Translations under genes and position numbers: made by a program | The notes under the pieces: generated by a model | What the model saw: only the letters and a program-made list of their open reading frames with translations | Database searches by the model: none | Told to the model about the DNA's origin: nothing | Shown: one piece after another, positions 58,501 to 64,000 of the stretch | How the letters are laid out: each line of letters starts with the position of its first letter | Numbering within the stretch: the first letter of the stretch is position 1 | NCBI GenBank assembly: GCA_963823665.1 | Contig: CAWGMQ010000003.1 | Span: 1,216,001-1,280,000, forward strand | DNA: 64,000 nucleotides | Origin: an uncultured Planctomycetota bacterium | GTDB taxonomy: Bacteria; Planctomycetota; Planctomycetia; Isosphaerales; Isosphaeraceae | Direction: 5' to 3'

Positions 58501-61071
58501 TCATTGCTTCACGCGGAGTTCAGCCCGGACAGCACCATCGTCCTCACCTCGAGCTCCGACCGCACGGCGCGCGTCTGGGATGCACAGACCGGAGAGTGCC
58601 TTGTCTCCCACGTCGGCCACGACGGCGCAGTCAACGTGGCCCGGTTCAGCTCCCGCGGATTCATCCTGGCGACCGCCGGCAGCGATAAGACCGCCCGTGT
58701 CTGGACGACGGGGCCAGTCGAGACGGCCCGGGGGATACTCGTCGGCCACGCGGCGGCGCTGCGCGACGTCGAGTTCTCGCCCAAACCCGGGAGCTGCCTG
58801 GCCCTGACAGCCGGGGCCGACGGCGTCGCGTTCCTCTGGGATGTCTCTGGACTGGACAAACCCGGGAAGATCGATCCCAAGCACCGCTACGCGCCCGGGA
58901 CAGCCCCCGCCGCGCTGACCGATCTTGCCTTTAGCCCCGACGGCGATCGCTTCGCAACGGCGAGCCTCGACGGCACGGTCAGGGTCTGGCTCCTCGACAG
59001 CGAGACCCCGCTCACGGTCATTCAACCCAAGGCTGGAGCGGCCCTCGGCGTGACTTTCAGCCCGAAGGGCACGTACTTGCTCACATCGTGGACCGACGGA
59101 AAGATCCGGCTCTATCGTCGTGACGGAGATGACTACAAGCTGGCCGCCGACCCATGGCCGGGCTCAGCGTTTCGGCTCACGCCGCACCTCTTCGACAAGG
59201 ATGAGCGGGTCGTGGTCACCCCCAACGCCGGTCTGCTCCGGGTCAAGGGTGAGACCGGAACGGTGCAGGTCTGGGACGTCGCGACCGGCGCTTGCGTCCA
59301 AACCCTGAAGGGGCCCGGCGGCCTCCTCGGGCCCGTATCCGACCTGGCCGTTCAACCCGAGAGCCGCTCCATCGCCGCCGCCATTGAGGGGCCCTCCGGA
59401 ACGGTCGTCGTCTGGGACGAGCACGGGCAACTGACCGCCTCGCCCTTGAGCCATCCCGGTGGGGTCGAGCGAGTGGCCTTCAGTCCTGACGGGAAGTCGC
59501 TGGCGACGGAAGCCGAAGACGGGATCGGGCGGATCTGGGACTGGCCCCTCCGTAGCGGCCAGAAGCCAACAGCCAGCCTTCCTGGTCTGACCGGGCCTTC
59601 ACCCGTGCTCGCCTTCAGCGAAGACGGGTCGCATATCGCGAGCGACGGCGGCTACCTGGCAACGGACACCGGCGCGTGCATCGCACAGGTCTGGCACCTA
59701 TCCGGCCAACCGCCGGCGGTAGGCCGGTCCACGACTTCATTAAGCGGCCCGCGCGATTCGGTGGTGGCGCTTTCTCTACGTCGCGCCGAGGTCGCCGAAG
59801 TGCTCACGATCAACCGCGAGAACCGCTTCCAGCGATGGGCGACCGACACCGGCGGCCCGCTTGGCTCTTGCCGCGGGCCATACCTGACTCCGACTGCAGC
59901 GGCCGTCAGCCCCGATGGGACCCTGGCCGTCGCCGGCTCCGCCCAGGGCGCACTGGTACTCTGGAAGACGGATACAGCTCGACTGGTGGCGGACATGGAC
60001 GGCCACACCGCGGGAATCACCAGTGTGTCGTTCAGCCGCGACGGCCGAAGCATATTGAGCAGCGGCCTCGACGGCAAGGCGTTCGTCTGGTCGGTGCCTG
60101 ACCGAGAAGCCCAGAAGCTCCAACTGCAAAACGCGAGTCTTGTACGCCTCTCGCCGCGCGCCACTTTCCCGCCCAACGGCAGTCCCGTAGCAACCACGGT
60201 CGCCTGCTTCCTTGACTCTCTTGGCCGCCAGGTCGTTACCGGCACCGGCGACCTCAAGCGCGAGCGATGGCAGCCCGAAAAAGAGATGGAGTCACAGGCG
60301 TTTGCCTACCGACTCGACCTCGCGAGCCCATTCCCTCAGCCCGAGAAGGTCGTGGCAGTGACCAAGCTGGAACGCGACAACGACGCGGAGGATGCTCCGC
60401 TGGGCGCGCTGGCGGTGGCCGTCAGCCCCAGTGGCTCCCTCGTCTTCGTGGCTTGCGGCGGTTCGGACCCCATCTTTGACCTCGTCCGGTCCGCAGACCC
60501 GTTCACCGGTAAACTCGACTCGAAGCCCTTCCTCGGCCACACCGACCCAATCCTCGACGTGGCGGTCAGCCCCGACGGAAAGCAAATAGCCACGGCGAGC
60601 GCAGACAACACCGCCCGCGTTTGGACGGTCGACCACTCCAAGGTCGTCGAGCTGCGGGGGCACTCCGGCGATGTCGCCTCGGTGGCATTCAGCCCTGAAA
60701 ATGAATTCGTCCTGACGGTGAGTCGCCAGGACGGCACAGCGCGGGTCTGGGACCGCAACGGAGGGGATCCCCTGTACGTCCTCGGGACCCGTCGAGCCGG
60801 GTTCAACAGCGCCACCCTGGACGATCCCCCCGGCCCGCGCCAGTACACTGACGACGTGGTCGCCGCCGCTTTCAGCTCCGACGGCAAGCTGCTGATCACG
60901 GCCCACGGCGACGGCAACGCCCGAGTCTACCGCTTGGAATTGTGCGGCGGGTTTGACGACCTGAAGGAAGTCGCTAAAAAACGGCGCGAGGGGTTCGAGG
61001 ATAAATCGCGAGTGGGCCAGAGCCATGCCCGAGACCGTCGAGCTGGTTCCGCGGACCCAACTTCTCGTTGA
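55553..61071 (+). CDS. nSTAND1-type NTPase-TM-WD40 repeat protein (NLR-like); one apparent frameshift at ~56040
   Basis: PYVGPRPF, FFGR, Walker A SGAGKTS, Walker B FDQFE(E)LFT restored by adding 1 base, AMRED, YELSHD, hydrophobic helix ~57160-57225, then many GH...FSPDG...ARVW repeats. Confidence 0.88.
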
Positions 61072-61149
61072 TCTGCCGGCGCCGAGCGCCTTTACTTGCG
61101 ATTCTGGCGAAGCGCGTAGGCTATTAGCTCCCGGCTGGACGCGAGCCCA

Positions 61150-61769
61150 ACCTTGCCATCCATTGGGTTCTCAGATTCAGGCAAAGAGGCGCGGATGGGC
61201 TGGCCGTCGGCCAGGCGAAAGGGACGGCCGGTCAGGTCGCGGATCTCGTGCGCCGGATCGAGGCCGAATCGCCAGTAGAGGGTGGCGGCGAGATCGCCGG
61301 GGGTGACGGCGTCGCTGTCGGGGTAAGCGCCCAGCCTGTCGCTCGTGCCGTAGGTGGTGCCGCCCCGAACACCGCCGCCGGCCTGGGATGATGCATGCTC
61401 CGGATGATCGCCACGCGATCCATCACCCGCGCCGTGAGAGGCATGTGCTCGCAGATCCGCAACCCCGGGACGCTGCTCGCAATCGAGCCGAAAGGACCGC
61501 GGACCTCCGCCGGAGCGTTCGGCTTCATGTCGTAGGTGTCGATGTGGCTGGGACCTCCGTAATAGAATATGAGGATGCACGAGCGGATCGGCGACGGCAC
61601 TGCGTGCCGGTCCGCCCAGCCCCGCGACGCCCTCCCTTCGGCCTCGGCGCGGAGCAGCGCGGGCAGTGTCAGGCCCAGCGAGCCGAACCCACCGATTCGA
61701 AGAACCTGGCGACGACTGACGCTTCGTTGGTGGGCGAGCGCCTCAAGGCGTTTTTGGTCGACTCGCATG
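61150..61769 (-). pseudogene. DUF1501-family protein with a large internal deletion
   Basis: Tat-like SRRQVL and GGPSHIDTYDMKP...IRSMHH fused out of frame directly to the C-terminal AGGGVRGG..YG.SD..GAYP. Confidence 0.8.
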
Positions 61770-62174
61770 TGAACGCCCCTTTGTTTTACCACCGCCGCAG
61801 GCACCAGGAGGGCAATTGCCGCGGAGAAGTTCCCCGTGCCGGGGGCCCGGACGGCCCGCGGGAAAGACCTGACCCTGATAAAAGGAATTATCGTCAATAA
61901 CAATCAAGCAATAGTATGATGCCGTAGACCGAGTCCACGAAGGTAACTGCCTGGGAAGCTCTCCTCTCCTGGCATTGGCCATCAAAGCGATAACGCCTCG
62001 ATTCTATTCGACTCTAAGCGATTGGGCGATGTGGAATACGTCCGACTTCTTCGACGAGGCCGTTCTCGACGTCGATGGCATCGTGAGCCGAAGGGAGCGG
62101 CACTGGTTGCCGCGCCGCCCTTGGATTCATTCGTCTCTGTCGTGTTCGCGCTGTGCAGGAGTCGAATCCGACGG

Positions 62175-64000
62175 TTATCGAACTCGGTTGCGAACTTCCT
62201 TGAGCACGTTAACGGCATTTGGATCCACCGTGCCATCCTGATAGATACCGAGGTTGATCGTCACTGCGCCGCCGTTGGCCTTGCACCGAGCAATGTAATC
62301 CCCCAACTGTTGGGCCGTGAACTGAGGTCTTGGCATTTCAACCTTATTCTGCACCCAGTAAGGCTCCATGATTAGCAGGGCGTGGTAGCGCAATCCCGCG
62401 CCGGGGCCGTGCTCTTGATTAGTGCCATTGAGCGGCAACCCGACGGGGCTAGCGGTTTCCCCGGCCCAATACTCCTGCCATTCGGATACGTTCGGGTAGA
62501 TCCAGGAGTTCAGCGCAACGATGCGATTCGGGTTCCCCACTTTGCAGGTCTTGAAGAACTCGCGGAAGGAGAAGCCAGGGTATTTTTCCTTGGCTTGATA
62601 GCAGCAGTCGAACCAGTAGCCGGCCACCTTTTCTTTGTAGCGTTCGCCGAACTCCGTCAAAACCTCAGTCATGATCCGGGTGAACTCCTCTTCGCCGGCC
62701 TTTGGGTATCTGGTGAGACGAGCCGCGTTCAAGTAGCACATCAGCTTGATGCTTTTGGCGCTGAGCACATCGGCCATTTCGGCAATCAGGTCGCGTTGAG
62801 TTGTCTTGCCGGAGTGGTATTTCTCCCAGGCTTTGAGCGGTGCCGGACAATAGGACTCGGCGTGGCCAATCGTGAGAATGACGTAGCCCGCTCCCGTCTC
62901 TTCTACCATTTCCGCAAAACGGTTCACGTCAAATTCGTCAACGGCCCGCGCATACGGCTTGTGTGTTCCGTCCTTTCCGACGCTCTGCGAGGTCCAATGG
63001 AACATCAGCCCGTATCCGGCTTTGGTCAGCCACTCCGTGCTGGCCCGCGCACGCCGCGCCTCCTGTCGCTCGGCCTCGATGGCCGCGTTGGCGCCGACCG
63101 GAATCAGCTCCAGGCAGCGAAACGCGAGCACAACCATCGCTTTGGGCGCGTCCGGGATGCTCAGCGTGATCGACTGAGTTCCCGCCTCGAGGCGGAGCCG
63201 GCCCTTGAGCGGCGTCATTTCATACGATTTGTCCCCAAAAACCCCGTTGGTCATCGCCAGCGTGGACCCGACCCTGCTGACACCACTGCTGACCTGCAAG
63301 TGCCGTCCAACCGCGCCGGGTTGCGCGGCGTGACAAAGGACGACCTCGTAGTCTCCCGCCCGGTCGACTTGTACCTTCCAGGTAATCTGCCCGCTGCCCG
63401 TCCAACGGAAGCTGTCCCCGGCTTGCTTCTTGACGCAATCGTCCGTCGAGACCGCTCCGGCTCCGTACAGGGATGCGGGGACGTCGCTTTTGACCGGAAT
63501 CGCGGTCGGTTCGGCTTGGGCGGCCCCCGTACGGGCATACTTGATGATGAAATCCACGACCGACTTCGGGTCTTTCGGCGAAAGCGGAAAATGCCCTTCG
63601 CCCGCCCTGACGATAACCGTGATCTTGCCGTCGAGCTCATTGTAACGTTTCTCGACGACGCGAGTCTGGTTGTCCAACCAGGGATCCAAGGCGCCGCAGT
63701 CGTGCAGGACCGGCACGCCTGCTTTCGCGAGCGCCGCAAGGTTGTCAATCGGTTGCTCTCTGCCCGCCATCAGACTCTTCATGAGCGGATTCCGGGCATA
63801 AATGCAGGAGACCTTGCCCGGGTTTGCAACCGCCCAAGCGTATGCTTCGCCTGCCATCGCCCCGGTCCCTTTCAACACCGGCTTGTTTGAGAATTGATTA
63901 TCCACAAGGATTTTATAGACATCGTCCCACTGCTTTCGCGACATACCCGATCCTGTGGGTGGGAGGATCACAATGTGGTAGCCCTTCGCGAGCAGCGCCT
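62175..64000 (-). CDS. Multidomain protein (5' end off window): alpha/beta-hydrolase-like part, beta-sandwich module, GH29/alpha-L-fucosidase-like TIM barrel
   Basis: YGLMFHW, GAGYVILT..H, GYWFD in the C-terminal domain; PVLH.CG..D...GEGH in the N-terminal part. Confidence 0.7.
   Translation of the reverse strand, partial: ALLAKGYHIVILPPTGSGMSRKQWDDVYKILVDNQFSNKPVLKGTGAMAGEAYAWAVANPGKVSCIYARNPLMKSLMAGREQPIDNLAALAKAGVPVLHDCGALDPWLDNQTRVVEKRYNELDGKITVIVRAGEGHFPLSPKDPKSVVDFIIKYARTGAAQAEPTAIPVKSDVPASLYGAGAVSTDDCVKKQAGDSFRWTGSGQITWKVQVDRAGDYEVVLCHAAQPGAVGRHLQVSSGVSRVGSTLAMTNGVFGDKSYEMTPLKGRLRLEAGTQSITLSIPDAPKAMVVLAFRCLELIPVGANAAIEAERQEARRARASTEWLTKAGYGLMFHWTSQSVGKDGTHKPYARAVDEFDVNRFAEMVEETGAGYVILTIGHAESYCPAPLKAWEKYHSGKTTQRDLIAEMADVLSAKSIKLMCYLNAARLTRYPKAGEEEFTRIMTEVLTEFGERYKEKVAGYWFDCCYQAKEKYPGFSFREFFKTCKVGNPNRIVALNSWIYPNVSEWQEYWAGETASPVGLPLNGTNQEHGPGAGLRYHALLIMEPYWVQNKVEMPRPQFTAQQLGDYIARCKANGGAVTINLGIYQDGTVDPNAVNVLKEVRNRVR

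Noticed and set aside
1..64000. tRNA, rRNA or riboswitch genes
   Set aside because: None was recognised by eye; a covariance-model scan would be needed to exclude them.

Overview
GC-rich bacterial window with many Planctomycetota hallmarks (Isosphaeraceae-like): LEPR-XLL-type export motif, DUF1501, ECF/Ser-Thr kinase pair, GTAG REP elements. Many genes carry single-base frameshifts, most likely long-read consensus errors. Main contents: (1) a ~13.9 kb giant surface RHS/YD protein with five 411-bp tandem repeats and a low-GC variable cassette buried inside the protein; (2) a decayed VapBC pair, an orphan ABC-type ATPase and an RbfA paralogue preceded by a candidate arrest-peptide leader; (3) ordinary accessory genes (TPR protein, rtcA, ECF42/YciI cluster, sulfatase, STK-WD40, FadL, CE15, subtilase); (4) a ~9.4 kb mosaic island (43.5-52.9 kb) of gene fragments joined at a recurring GGGTGTC(T/C) motif. 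It holds a group II twintron whose inner intron has EBS1/EBS2 matching the DV/DVI junction of the outer intron, and both introns have non-canonical U...GC termini; (5) a three-gene candidate immune operon: intact SIR2-like protein, catalytically degenerate SIR2 paralogue, and nSTAND1 NTPase-TM-WD40 sensor. All calls come from reading the sequence and motifs; no database searches were run.
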